A DNA stretch of 62,427 bases, counting the filler. It is 4 parts of 4 records of this genome, joined end to end, with 100 filler letters (N's around TTAATTAATTAA, not from the genome) between each part and the next. Parts side by side here need not be neighbours in the genome. Positions count along the whole stretch, not along the records: positions 14,114 to 44,843 come from SRR31156797_6277; positions 44,944 to 53,939 come from SRR31156797_6282; 2 more parts are not named here. The stretch is one strand, 5' to 3'. The translations under genes were made by a program, and so were the position numbers. The notes beneath the pieces are model-generated. The model saw only the letters and a program-made list of their open reading frames with translations. It had not been told where the DNA came from and made no database searches. Below, one piece after another: positions 37,500-47,549 of the stretch; position 1 is the stretch's first letter; every line of letters starts with the position of its first letter.

Positions 37500-39602
37500 C
37501 TAAAATTTATATCGAAGCCCTGCATAGTATGATCTAGGCTCACCAACTCTAATAGTTGCATCTTCCATAGTTGCAAGGGCAGAAGAGTTTACGTTGACAA
37601 ACTCATAATAGTTTCTATCAAGAACATTATTGATTTGACCAAAAAACTCTAGAGATTTTGAATATTTATAGTCCATATTAAGATTTAGCAGTGAATACCC
37701 AGATTGTTTAAATTGATTTGCTTCATCTGCGTAGTAACTTCCTTTAAACTCTACTTCTGGAGAGATTATTAAGTGATCTATCGCTTCATAGTTCATAGTT
37801 AGATTCATTGTGTGTTTAGAAGATCTTGGTACATAGTTTCCTGAGAGGTCAACTTTTGAGTATTCAGCTACTTGAGGTCTATATGGACCATCAGGATCTT
37901 CTGTTTGTTGTTGAGAGATGGTATAGTTTTTAAACTTTGCTTGAAGATAGGTATAGGCAAGATCAAATGAAAGGGTATCTGAAATATTGCTATTAAGAGT
38001 AAGTTCAAATCCTCTACTTCTCATATCTCCTACATTATCATAATTGCTCTCTTCCTCTTCATCACTTGTGATATAACTTCCAGCAATTCTTCCTATGTAA
38101 TCAATTCTATCAAGTTGATAAATAGCTGCATCATAAGTGAAATACGCAGTTTTTCCTCTCAACCCAAGTTCATAATTATATGTAGTCTCTACATCAATTG
38201 TACTAGGGATATCTAGAGTTGGATCATCTGCTAGTGAGGTTTGGTTTTGACTGATTTGTCCTACAGTAGGAGTTCTAAATCCTGTAGATACACTTGAATA
38301 AAGTGAGAGTGAATCATCTATAATATAATTTGCTCCAAGTCTATAAGAGGTATTATTATAATCAGGTGATACATTGTTAGAACTATCAAGCTCATCTTCA
38401 TATTTGTGAGAGATATCATCATGTCTAAGATTTAATGTGGCAGTTAATTTATCTGTTGCTAAATATTTAAGTTCTGTATAGACAGCTTTGATAGTCTCTT
38501 TTGTTTCATATTGCTCTAAAAGATCTCCATCAGCTCCACCTCTTGGAGCATCTCCATCTACAGTGTCATAGGTAGTTTCATCAGTATTATTTATTTGGGC
38601 ATCAAACCCAACCATAAATGCAAACTTATCAAATGGTTTTGTATATTCCCCTTTTGCTCCCATTTGATCCCAAATTTCATTTTTATCTTTTGTAGCTCTT
38701 GCTGTTTTATATTCTTTATCATCTTCATAGCTATGAACTCGAAGCATCATATTTGAATCATCTTCAAAAGTTTTTGAATAGGTAACAAAAGTTTTTAAAA
38801 GGTCACTATCATAGTATCCACTGTATGAATATTGACTAGTTGATTTAGGATCATTCGTAGCATTAGTAATCCCTGAGACACTATTCCCATCTCCTGTTTC
38901 TCGTTTTGTATAATCTGCTCCAAAAGTGATATCACTCATCTCATCAATGTAGTATTGGTATTTTCCATTAAAACTTTTTGTCTTTACATATGCATCATCC
39001 CAGTAACCATCAGTTTCTCTTAAGCTCCCTTGGAGTTGTAAACTGGAGTTTTCAAACCCTTGGTTTGTACTAGCAAGTAATCTTTTTGTTCCAAAACTAC
39101 CAATTTCACTCTCGATTTTTGAGCTACTTACCCCTTTAGGTTTTTTAGTAGTGATAATAACAGCTCCTGCAAGTGCATCATTTCCATATAGATAACTTGC
39201 TCCCCCTTTTATCACTTTGATCGATTCAATATTATCAAGATCAACATTGATCTTTCCAGAAGTTTCTTGAACAGGAACACCATCAATCACTATTGCAACG
39301 CCAGGTTTTTCACCCATATACATCTGATTATCGATCCCTCTAATATGGATTTTTAGTGAATCTGTTCCTGTAAGTGACATAGTAAGCCCAGGTACTTTTT
39401 TTAAGATATCGGCAACATTCTTTGCATTGATCTTTTCCACTTCATCTCTTGTAATAACTGCTGTATTTGAGACCTCAGTTTGTTTCATCTCATATTTATC
39501 ATCAATCGTAGATGAGTCAATATTGATAGTTCCTAGATCAACAGCATGTGAGATAGATAATGCTAAAGCACAGCTTGCTGATAGTTTGATTATTTGTTTC
39601 AT
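37500..39602 (-). CDS. TonB-dependent outer membrane receptor
   Basis: Signal peptide; plug IESIKVIKGGASYLYG; C-terminal YKF. Confidence 0.93.
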   Translation of the reverse strand: MKQIIKLSASCALALSISHAVDLGTINIDSSTIDDKYEMKQTEVSNTAVITRDEVEKINAKNVADILKKVPGLTMSLTGTDSLKIHIRGIDNQMYMGEKPGVAIVIDGVPVQETSGKINVDLDNIESIKVIKGGASYLYGNDALAGAVIITTKKPKGVSSSKIESEIGSFGTKRLLASTNQGFENSSLQLQGSLRETDGYWDDAYVKTKSFNGKYQYYIDEMSDITFGADYTKRETGDGNSVSGITNATNDPKSTSQYSYSGYYDSDLLKTFVTYSKTFEDDSNMMLRVHSYEDDKEYKTARATKDKNEIWDQMGAKGEYTKPFDKFAFMVGFDAQINNTDETTYDTVDGDAPRGGADGDLLEQYETKETIKAVYTELKYLATDKLTATLNLRHDDISHKYEDELDSSNNVSPDYNNTSYRLGANYIIDDSLSLYSSVSTGFRTPTVGQISQNQTSLADDPTLDIPSTIDVETTYNYELGLRGKTAYFTYDAAIYQLDRIDYIGRIAGSYITSDEEEESNYDNVGDMRSRGFELTLNSNISDTLSFDLAYTYLQAKFKNYTISQQQTEDPDGPYRPQVAEYSKVDLSGNYVPRSSKHTMNLTMNYEAIDHLIISPEVEFKGSYYADEANQFKQSGYSLLNLNMDYKYSKSLEFFGQINNVLDRNYYEFVNVNSSALATMEDATIRVGEPRSYYAGLRYKF

Positions 39603-39658
39603 TCTCTCCCTTTAATAACAAAATCATTTTATTTTAAAGGGGAATTGTGACAAAGAGA

Positions 39659-39677
39659 TGTTAATTAAGAGTTAATT
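39659..39677 (-). promoter_or_regulatory. TTAAC-N6-TTAAC box upstream of the TonB-dependent receptor
   Basis: GTTAAT at 39660 and 39671; CACAAT lies 8 nt after TTAACAT. Confidence 0.65.
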
Positions 39678-39732
39678 TAATAAAAATTTTTTATTAAACT
39701 ATTGATTTTATATTACTTTTATAATACTATAA

Positions 39733-40113
39733 TTACTGTTTTTTTGTGATGATATGAAGATTTGTAAGTTCATATTGTTTTACACTATTTACAACAGCTA
39801 CAAAGGATTCAAATTTGGCATTTTTATCACAGCTTATTGAGATAGGTGTTTTTTTATTTAAAGTTTCTAGTTTTGTATTTAAGGTTTTTAGAGTAGTGAG
39901 AGTTTTATTATAATAGATACTCCCATCACTTTTAATAGTGATGGCAAAGGTATCATTTTGTGTCACTTTTTTTGCGTTTTTTGTTTGTGCTAGATCTATA
40001 GGGATATACCCTTTTGCCACAAAAGAAGCAGTAGTGAGCACGATTACTAAAAGTACTAACATAATATCTATAAATGGAACAACATTGATAGAATCAAATT
40101 TTTTAATGTGCAC
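39733..40113 (-). CDS. exbD: Biopolymer transport protein ExbD
   Basis: INVVPFIDIMLVLL motif. Confidence 0.95.
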   Translation of the reverse strand: MHIKKFDSINVVPFIDIMLVLLVIVLTTASFVAKGYIPIDLAQTKNAKKVTQNDTFAITIKSDGSIYYNKTLTTLKTLNTKLETLNKKTPISISCDKNAKFESFVAVVNSVKQYELTNLHIITKKQ

Positions 40114-40540
40114 TTTTTTTATCCACTTCCCAAAGATTAAGTAGTACTTCTATTTTTCGTACACAATGGTTATAAAAAAACATGGCAGGAATTGCTACAA
40201 TAAGTCCCATAGCAGTGGCTTTTAAAGCAAGTCCAAGGGAGCTCATTACTATTTTTACATCGATCTCTCCACTTTGCCCCATAGAGTAAAAAGTGATAAT
40301 GATCCCAAAAACAGTTCCTAATAATCCAATATACACTGCATTTGATGCAAAAGAAGCGATAATTGAAGTGTTTTTAGTAAGATCTATCTCTAGGGTTTCT
40401 TTATGTGCATATTGTTTGATATCAATACCATTATAAAAGAAAAGTCTCTCAATATATATCCAAACAGATATAAAACTCATTAGCCCAAGTAGGCCAATGA
40501 TCCCGTAATCAACAATATTTTTTAATAATTCTATTTCCAT
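40103..40540 (-). CDS. exbB: Biopolymer transport protein ExbB
   Basis: YIGLLGTVFGI and ALKATAMGLIVAIPA motifs. Confidence 0.95.
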   Translation of the reverse strand: MEIELLKNIVDYGIIGLLGLMSFISVWIYIERLFFYNGIDIKQYAHKETLEIDLTKNTSIIASFASNAVYIGLLGTVFGIIITFYSMGQSGEIDVKIVMSSLGLALKATAMGLIVAIPAMFFYNHCVRKIEVLLNLWEVDKKSAH

Positions 40541-40561
40541 AATTGGAATTTTAATAAAGTG

Positions 40562-40581
40562 GTGTTAATTAAAAGTTAATT
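40562..40581 (-). promoter_or_regulatory. TTAAC-N6-TTAAC box upstream of exbB
   Basis: GTTAAT at 40564 and 40575; TAAAAT lies 8 nt after TTAACAC. Confidence 0.65.
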
Positions 40582-41847
40582 GAGAAAATATTTTTGAACT
40601 AAACTATCAAGTTCGTTTTTTAAAGCTTGTTGTTCTTTTAGTCGTATCTCATCATATAACTTTTGAGCGATCTCTAAAAAGTTTTGAACCAAAAGAGGAT
40701 CAAAGTGATTACCGCTTCCCTCTGTGATTATTTGCATACTTTTTTCAAAACTAAAAGGTTCTTTATAAGGTCTTTTTGAAGTAAGGGCATCAAATACATC
40801 TACAATACTAAAAATTTTTGCAATCAGTGGGATCTGTTCGTTTTGTAATCCATTTGGATACCCACTTCCATCATATTTTTCATGATGACAAAGTATAATA
40901 TCTTTGCTATCTTCTAACCATGGATCATCTTTAATTAATAAAACACCTTTTACCACATGCTCTTTCATGATCTCAAACTCTTCTTGTGTAAGTTTTCCAT
41001 TTTTTAATAAAACATTGTCACTAATACCGATTTTCCCCACATCATGCAAAAAAGCACCTTTTATAAGCTTTTTGATATCTTCATTAGATATTTGAAGTTT
41101 TTGTGCTAGTTTGATAGCATAAATCGTCACTCTATAGTTGTGTTCATTGGTATCACTATCTCTAAGGGCAATGGCATTTCCTAAAGTATTTAGAGTCATT
41201 ATATTACTTGAAAGGAGTTCTATTCTATTAGCATTGAGTTTTTGATAAGCAAAATAGATAAGAGGGAAAAGGATCGCTACTAAAATGATAACTGTAAGAA
41301 CTACTGTAAAAATAGTGGCTACAATACCTCTTTTAAAACGGTTTACTATCACATTATTAAGACTAGAGATTCCTTCAATATATCCTATTTTTATATCATT
41401 TTTATAAACTGGATAAAATATCTGAATAAAGTAGTTTTCATTCTCTACTTCAAAAAAATTTGAACTCATTTTTTTAGAATCTGGGAAGTTATGGATAAGA
41501 TATTCATCATGGTTTTGAAGCATAGCAATTTTATCTTGATATCTTTTCCCTTTTGCTTCAATACCTAGTATCTCTTCCCTTTTTTTATCATATACTTCAA
41601 TAGTTAAAAAATCAAGCTTTCTCATAAACTCTTTTACATCATTTTCCAAGAGTACTTTATCTATGTTTTTTAGATTATCATAGGTATATATTTTTTTATC
41701 AATATGCTCTTTAATATTTTGTTCTAAAGAGGTAGTAAAAGTTTTATTTTGATAAAAGTAGATTCCAAAGGAGGTAAGAAAAGTAGTGAGAATCATCGCT
41801 AAAAATCCTCTTATAAAAAAAGATTTTAAGATATGTTGCTCTTTCAT
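40576..41847 (-). CDS. Membrane-anchored HD-GYP phosphodiesterase
   Basis: Two TMs flanking a periplasmic domain; LHDVGK, HHEKYDGSGYP and RPYK. Confidence 0.92.
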   Translation of the reverse strand: MKEQHILKSFFIRGFLAMILTTFLTSFGIYFYQNKTFTTSLEQNIKEHIDKKIYTYDNLKNIDKVLLENDVKEFMRKLDFLTIEVYDKKREEILGIEAKGKRYQDKIAMLQNHDEYLIHNFPDSKKMSSNFFEVENENYFIQIFYPVYKNDIKIGYIEGISSLNNVIVNRFKRGIVATIFTVVLTVIILVAILFPLIYFAYQKLNANRIELLSSNIMTLNTLGNAIALRDSDTNEHNYRVTIYAIKLAQKLQISNEDIKKLIKGAFLHDVGKIGISDNVLLKNGKLTQEEFEIMKEHVVKGVLLIKDDPWLEDSKDIILCHHEKYDGSGYPNGLQNEQIPLIAKIFSIVDVFDALTSKRPYKEPFSFEKSMQIITEGSGNHFDPLLVQNFLEIAQKLYDEIRLKEQQALKNELDSLVQKYFLN

Positions 41848-41924
41848 CTACTCTCCTATTGGGTGGGATATAAAAAATTATATCCCATTTTCTCGTAACA
41901 GTACTTTAAAGTACTGATAAGTTT

Positions 41925-43928
41925 TTAGAATTTATATTTTAAACTAGCGTATGCATATCTTCCTGGTTCATTTAAAAGCATCACATCACTTGTAGTTCCA
42001 TCTGTTAAAAGAATAAGGTCAGCATATGTGTTTGATACTGCGTAAGTTTCATCAAATAAGTTATCAATACCAACTGTAAGTTCAAAGTTCTTAGCAAACA
42101 GAGTTTGTGCTTTTACATTAACAATATTATATCCATCAAGTTTTTGTTCCCCATTATCTGCATCATAATCGTTCCATGGAGCTACATTTATAAATTCAGC
42201 TGTTACAAATGTATTATCATCATGATCATATGTTAAGCCAAGAGTGAATTTTGAAGGAGTGATATCAGCTAAGTCTTTATCACTTTGACCACTAAGTGGA
42301 TCATCTTTTTGACCTTTTTTCCATGCATATCCAGTATCTAATGTAAATTGATCATTGATATAATATGCAGCGGAGAGTTCAAGTCCATAGATAGTCGCAT
42401 CTATATTTTCAAATCTATTTGCAGCAGTTGTTTTTCTATAATAGATATAATCTTCTAGATCACTATAGAACATTTTCCATTTGATCTTTCCACTACTATA
42501 GGCATACTCAGCACCAAAATCGATCTCTCTATTTTTTACTTCTTTAAGATCAGGTGTACCAGTGATAGTTCCATCAGAAGCTAAGTTATACAGTTCTCTT
42601 GCATCTGGAACCCTACTAGATTGACCAAATCCTAAGAAGAACTTTGCATTATCATTCACATGATAAGTTGTTAAGATATTTCCATTTAGATTATTGTAAT
42701 CATTGTCTTGTAATGATCCACCATTTGTGATCTTCGTAGAGTCATATCGGAGTCCAACTTCTAAAGTAAGATCTTTTGTAAGTTCATTTTTACATTGTAA
42801 AAATAGAGCATTATTTCTTGTATCAGTATCTTGGATACTATATCCAATCATAGGATTTGTATCTTTGTAGTATCTTCCATCCCAGTTTCTAGTACTTGTA
42901 TCAAGTCCGATAGTAAATTCTCTCCCAAGAGCATCAAAACTATTCATAATTTTAGCACCAAAAGCATCTGTTGTAAGATGGTTTGTCATCCCTGCCATCA
43001 TAGCATTATTATTTGTCATTCTATAGTTGATCGCCATTGGATGATCTACATCTGTTTTATAGGTTTTAATTTGAAATTTTTTAGAGAATTCTCCAAAATC
43101 TTTCCCCGTATATTTAAGAGTATAAAGGTTACTATCATCTTTAATTGCATCCATTTTTGAAGAAGGATATAAAATATCATCACTTCTATTAAATGTTGCT
43201 CCTATTTCGATCTCATTGTTATCATTGATATTTGTAACAGCTTTTGCCATTAATGATTTTTTTTCATATGCTTCCATATCTTTATATTGTGGAGCATATT
43301 GTGTTCCTGCAGCTGCTGTTCCTACTACAGCATTATAAGTTTGCTCTGCTAAAGTATTCCCATCTCCATCTTCATATTGGTCACTTGTTTCATGAGAATA
43401 AGTAAGGAGAGCTTGAACTGTATCATTTCCACCACTTACACTTACAACCCCTTTTTTATATCCATAGCTTCCAATCGTTGCACCAATCTCACCACTAAGC
43501 TCTTTTGTAGGTTTACTTGTATGGATCTTGATACCACCGCTTAGACTTCCAAACTCTGTCACATCAAATGGTCCCTCTTTGATCTCTACTGCTTCAATAT
43601 TTGAAGTGATAACATGAGAGGTTGGAGGATCCATTCTATTTGGACACGCTCCATGGATCACAGCATCATCAATAGTTACTTTTATATTGTCTCTTTTTTG
43701 ACCTCTTAAAATAATATCATTGGCAATACCACTTCTTCTGATAAGTGAAATACTTGGTGACTTTTTGTCTAAAGCTTCTGCAAGGTCAGCATTTTTCACC
43801 TCTTTTGTACTAATACTCTCTACAACTTTTGTATTGATATCTTCAGCAATCTCAATAGTTCCTAGATCTTGAGCATTAAGAGCAATTGCAGTAGCTGCAA
43901 TACTTGATAATATAATTTTTTTCTTCAT
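41925..43928 (-). CDS. TonB-dependent copper receptor-like (OprC/NosA type)
   Basis: GACPNRMDPP (CxxxM), DHPM (HxM), Met-rich loop, terminal YKF; AAGGAG RBS before ATG 43928. Confidence 0.82.
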   Translation of the reverse strand: MKKKIILSSIAATAIALNAQDLGTIEIAEDINTKVVESISTKEVKNADLAEALDKKSPSISLIRRSGIANDIILRGQKRDNIKVTIDDAVIHGACPNRMDPPTSHVITSNIEAVEIKEGPFDVTEFGSLSGGIKIHTSKPTKELSGEIGATIGSYGYKKGVVSVSGGNDTVQALLTYSHETSDQYEDGDGNTLAEQTYNAVVGTAAAGTQYAPQYKDMEAYEKKSLMAKAVTNINDNNEIEIGATFNRSDDILYPSSKMDAIKDDSNLYTLKYTGKDFGEFSKKFQIKTYKTDVDHPMAINYRMTNNNAMMAGMTNHLTTDAFGAKIMNSFDALGREFTIGLDTSTRNWDGRYYKDTNPMIGYSIQDTDTRNNALFLQCKNELTKDLTLEVGLRYDSTKITNGGSLQDNDYNNLNGNILTTYHVNDNAKFFLGFGQSSRVPDARELYNLASDGTITGTPDLKEVKNREIDFGAEYAYSSGKIKWKMFYSDLEDYIYYRKTTAANRFENIDATIYGLELSAAYYINDQFTLDTGYAWKKGQKDDPLSGQSDKDLADITPSKFTLGLTYDHDDNTFVTAEFINVAPWNDYDADNGEQKLDGYNIVNVKAQTLFAKNFELTVGIDNLFDETYAVSNTYADLILLTDGTTSDVMLLNEPGRYAYASLKYKF

Positions 43929-43986
43929 ATGGTTTGACTCCTTCATATCGTTAAATTTCGAAAAAACGTTGAATAGTAACAAACAT

Positions 43987-44041
43987 GTGTTAAGTAGCTG
44001 TTAATTATGAAAGCAGTTATTAATTAACAGCTACTTAACAC
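43987..44041. promoter_or_regulatory. Divergent promoter with a perfect 21-bp inverted repeat, each arm a TTAAC-N6-TTAAC box
   Basis: GTGTTAAGTAGCTGTTAATTA (43987-44007) and TAATTAACAGCTACTTAACAC (44021-44041); TATAAT follows the right arm after 8 nt. Confidence 0.75.
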
Positions 44042-44079
44042 TTCTAGTTTATAATTTGAAAAATAAAGAGGAGAACTTG

Positions 44080-44265
44080 ATGGAGCCAACACTTAGTCAA
44101 ATAGAAGATTATAATGGAAATGAATCAAAAGAGAAAAGAACTACAGTATATATTGTAGCGGGATTATTAATTGTTTTAGGTCTTGGATATACGATGGTAA
44201 AGATGAGCCTAGATTCAAAAATGCCTGAAGCGTTTATCCCATATACTTATGAGAGTACGAAGTAA
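44080..44265 (+). CDS. Small single-TM protein
   Basis: GAGGAG RBS, MEPTLSQIEDY start, one hydrophobic segment. Confidence 0.7.
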   Translation: MEPTLSQIEDYNGNESKEKRTTVYIVAGLLIVLGLGYTMVKMSLDSKMPEAFIPYTYESTK

Positions 44266-44290
44266 GTTTATTTAAAGAGTAGGGGGAAGC

Positions 44291-44843
44291 TTAAAAGCTT
44301 GCCCACTCGTCATCATCTTTCACAGAAGTTTTTATTGGATTTAGTTTTGATGATGTTTGTGATGAAGTGATTGTATTATGCGCTTTTGTTTTAGCAAGAG
44401 GCTTTGGTGTATCTTGTACTTTTGAAGGTGCATGATACTCTTTTGCCATCTCTTTTGCTTTTACACTATCTTTTCCTATAAACTGTTTTGCATCTGCATC
44501 AGTTACAATCAGTTTTGAAATCTTATCAGTATTTAAAGCTACATCATGAGTTTGAGAAGCTATTGTAGCATTTTGTTGCGTTTGTTGATCAAGGTTATTT
44601 ACAGCATCATTGATCTGCTCAATTCCTGTAAGCTGCTCTTTTGAAGCCATCTCAACATCTTTTATAAGCTCTATAGTTTTTGAGATACTTTCATTTAATG
44701 TTTCATATCCATCTATCATCTCATCTGCAATCTTTTTCCCACCATTTGATTTTGCTGTTGCATTTTCAACAAGATGTTTGATTTCACCCGCAGCTTCTGC
44801 TGATCTAGCAGCTAGATTTCTTACCTCTTGTGCAACTACAGCA
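44291..44843 (-). CDS. Methyl-accepting chemotaxis protein, C-terminal part (truncated by contig end)
   Basis: AVVAQEVRNLAARSAEAA...SKEQLTGIEQIN...QQNA; terminal pentapeptide EWASF. Confidence 0.92.
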
Positions 44844-44943
44844 NNNNNNNNNNNNNNNNNNNNNNNNNNNNNNNNNNNNNNNNNNNNTTAATTAATTAAN
44901 NNNNNNNNNNNNNNNNNNNNNNNNNNNNNNNNNNNNNNNNNNN
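44844..44943. other. Artificial contig linker
   Basis: N-run with TTAATTAATTAA at 44888-44899. Confidence 0.98.
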
Positions 44944-45258
44944 TGCCAGTTTTACCCATTCTTCGGCATTAAATTTTACCGGATTAAACTGTTTAGCCAG
45001 TTTTTCATATTCTGTTACCGGAATTTCAGCGCGTGCCATTATCCATTCGCTGATTCCCGGAATTTCTTCTCCTTCCCATTCCCCGGCAGGAATTGCATAT
45101 AATCCCCAATGGATAAACATTCCGAAACGTGCGTCGCGCCACCATTCCATTTTTGCTTCATGTTCTACAACCGAGTCGTTTTTAACAGATTCCTTAATTT
45201 TATTATTGCATGAAGTAATGAGAAAGAGTATTCCCAAAAGAACAATAAGTTTATTCAT
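44944..45258 (-). CDS. Alpha-L-fucosidase (GH29) lipoprotein, N-terminal part
   Basis: LITSC lipobox; [16 protein letters not shown] and [11 protein letters not shown]. Confidence 0.88.
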
Positions 45259-45393
45259 CTTTTCCGGATTTGGTTGATATATAAAATTACATGTATTAAT
45301 TTCATAAAAAAAATTACACTATTCCTATTCACTGTAAAAACAACGCAATTTTTTCAATCCGATAAGAATTACAAAAAGATAAGAACTATAAAA

Positions 45394-46035
45394 TTAAAAC
45401 TTTATCCGATAATTCAGCCCTAAAATATGTATGGAATTTCTATCTGAGAAATAATTCTGTAACCGGTAATAAATGCCCAACCGGCCAACTTTACCAATTT
45501 TTCGTGTTGCTCCTGCATCAAAACGCGATTTGTCAAACTCTTTATCGGTGGTATTTCTGAATAGTTCGTAGCTTATATAAGGTTGAATTTTATTCCCTTT
45601 TATATCATATTTTAATTTTGCACGAGGCCGAAAAAATGCTTTATCAGAATCTCCTTCTTCTAATTCATAATAATTGGTATAACGTGTCCGAAGCGAACCT
45701 TCGAATCTTCTCCACTCTTTTTTTGCCGTTGCATCGAAAGCAAAACGGCTCAACGTTTCATTCCCGCTGTTTTTAACATTGGTATTTACCCGGTAAGTTG
45801 CAGCTAATTCCAAAAACTCTATGGGTTCGTATGAAAGTTTACCATCGAACATATATTCATTTACCGAAAAATCATCTTGTAAACGAACTTCCGGAATAAA
45901 ACTGAGTTCAAATTTTTTGAGTAGTTTTTTTGAAAATTCAAGTTCAATCCAGGTGCCAAATTCCTTAGTTTTCGACTGAGCTGTAAGAAATCCCAAACAA
46001 ATTACCAATAAAAGAATTATACTCCGTTTAATCAT
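45394..46035 (-). CDS. DUF2490-like outer-membrane beta-barrel
   Basis: Signal peptide; RxR amphipathic strands, PYISYELF, terminal HILGLNYRIKF. Confidence 0.75.
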   Translation of the reverse strand: MIKRSIILLLVICLGFLTAQSKTKEFGTWIELEFSKKLLKKFELSFIPEVRLQDDFSVNEYMFDGKLSYEPIEFLELAATYRVNTNVKNSGNETLSRFAFDATAKKEWRRFEGSLRTRYTNYYELEEGDSDKAFFRPRAKLKYDIKGNKIQPYISYELFRNTTDKEFDKSRFDAGATRKIGKVGRLGIYYRLQNYFSDRNSIHILGLNYRIKF

Positions 46036-46664
46036 TTTGTTTCTCTTTTTGATGAACCTGAAACATCGAAATAAACTGTTATTTGAGCTACATCGCGCAG
46101 AAAATCAATTTTTTCGATGTGGTATCTTTTTATTTTTATTCCTGTTCTAACTTCCAAATCGTTAAGTAAGTCATTTTCTTTCTGGCGGTGAAGGTTTTCA
46201 ATATTCTCATAGATTACCAGTAAAGAATCTTCCTGACGCAACATCAGCACTTTTTCCAGCGCCCACAATGCTCCTACCAGTAGGAGATTTACTAATATAA
46301 GTTCAATATAACCAACATAATTTTTTGACAGTGCATTAATAACCGAAACTGCAATAATTACAAAAAGATACGTCATCTCTTTGGGTGGAATTGCATCTGT
46401 TCTGTACCTTATTATTCCGAAGATAGCGAACAATCCCAGTGCAAAACCCAGTTCCAATTTTATATTTTCCAAAAGAAATACCAATAAAAAAACGGCAATA
46501 CTAATAGCAAAATAACTAAAATAGAACTCTTTTCGTCTGCTTATCCTTGAATATAAAAGTACAAGCAACGATGTCGCAATTAAATTAAATCCAAACCTAA
46601 CCACTAACATTCCAAAATCTTCCAATTGAACCAGATTAATTCCAAGCATTTTCAATATTTCCAT
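46032..46664 (-). CDS. DUF4956 membrane protein
   Basis: LGFALGLFAIFGIIRYRT...KEMTYLF. Confidence 0.85.
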   Translation of the reverse strand: MEILKMLGINLVQLEDFGMLVVRFGFNLIATSLLVLLYSRISRRKEFYFSYFAISIAVFLLVFLLENIKLELGFALGLFAIFGIIRYRTDAIPPKEMTYLFVIIAVSVINALSKNYVGYIELILVNLLLVGALWALEKVLMLRQEDSLLVIYENIENLHRQKENDLLNDLEVRTGIKIKRYHIEKIDFLRDVAQITVYFDVSGSSKRETK

Positions 46665-47424
46665 TTTCAATATTATTTTCATTTAATTTATTCAAAAAAC
46701 GCAGGCGCGGTTTAAATGAGTTCCGTTTAATTCCGGGTTCAAGCAATGCTCTTCCGGTACAATATTTCGATAATCCGCGTTGCCTGATTTTTAGTTTGCG
46801 CAACATCGAAATCATTGGCGATGCTTTTATTCCTTTCCCACGTTTTAGTTCGAAAATTACCAGGTCATCGAACTTAACTTCGCCATGTTCATTCCAATAT
46901 TTTGGTTTTAAATCGATGGTACACCGGTCTTTTCTTTCTTTATGTATAAGCGTTAACCGATAAAACTTATTGTTTAATTTCGGAACTAAATCCTGATTCC
47001 CGAAGGGTGTATTATCTGATAAAAAATCGATTTCAGCATCTAAAAACGATGGTTCTTCAAAATTGGTTTCTATTCTTTCTTTTACAGTCCGGCGTTTATT
47101 ATTTTTAAGCTTTATTTCGAAAAAGCCCAAATCTGACGAAATATAATTCCTACGACGCACCTTAAATCGATTCAGTTTCCGATTATGATGCATTAAATAC
47201 ATTTTGTCTTTTTCGGTATCAAAATAAGTTGTTTCATATTCCATTAACCGTTGCCCGTTTATTTCCAAAATAGAATAATAAGGAAGTACATTTTCGAGAA
47301 TCGTCTCCAACTTTGATACATGGAACCAGTATTTTCTATCGATGCGGTTCATTAGTTTTACCTCATCAATTTCGCTTAAAGAAACGGGATCAAATACAGA
47401 TAATATGCTATTAATGGATTTCAA
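46636..47424 (-). CDS. VTC-domain (polyphosphate polymerase-like) protein
   Basis: LMNRIDRKY, YFDT, RFKVRRRNY, FEIKLK, RCTID, FELK and SKYC. Confidence 0.88.
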   Translation of the reverse strand: MKSINSILSVFDPVSLSEIDEVKLMNRIDRKYWFHVSKLETILENVLPYYSILEINGQRLMEYETTYFDTEKDKMYLMHHNRKLNRFKVRRRNYISSDLGFFEIKLKNNKRRTVKERIETNFEEPSFLDAEIDFLSDNTPFGNQDLVPKLNNKFYRLTLIHKERKDRCTIDLKPKYWNEHGEVKFDDLVIFELKRGKGIKASPMISMLRKLKIRQRGLSKYCTGRALLEPGIKRNSFKPRLRFLNKLNENNIENGNIENAWN

Positions 47425-47549
47425 TTAGTTGGCACGGATTATTTTAAGTTCACAAAAATGTAAAATTAATTTAATATTTTTCGCATTGTACATCCTCAAT
47501 TTTTGAATATATACAATCAAACCCATATTATCTTAATAAAAACGGCTTC

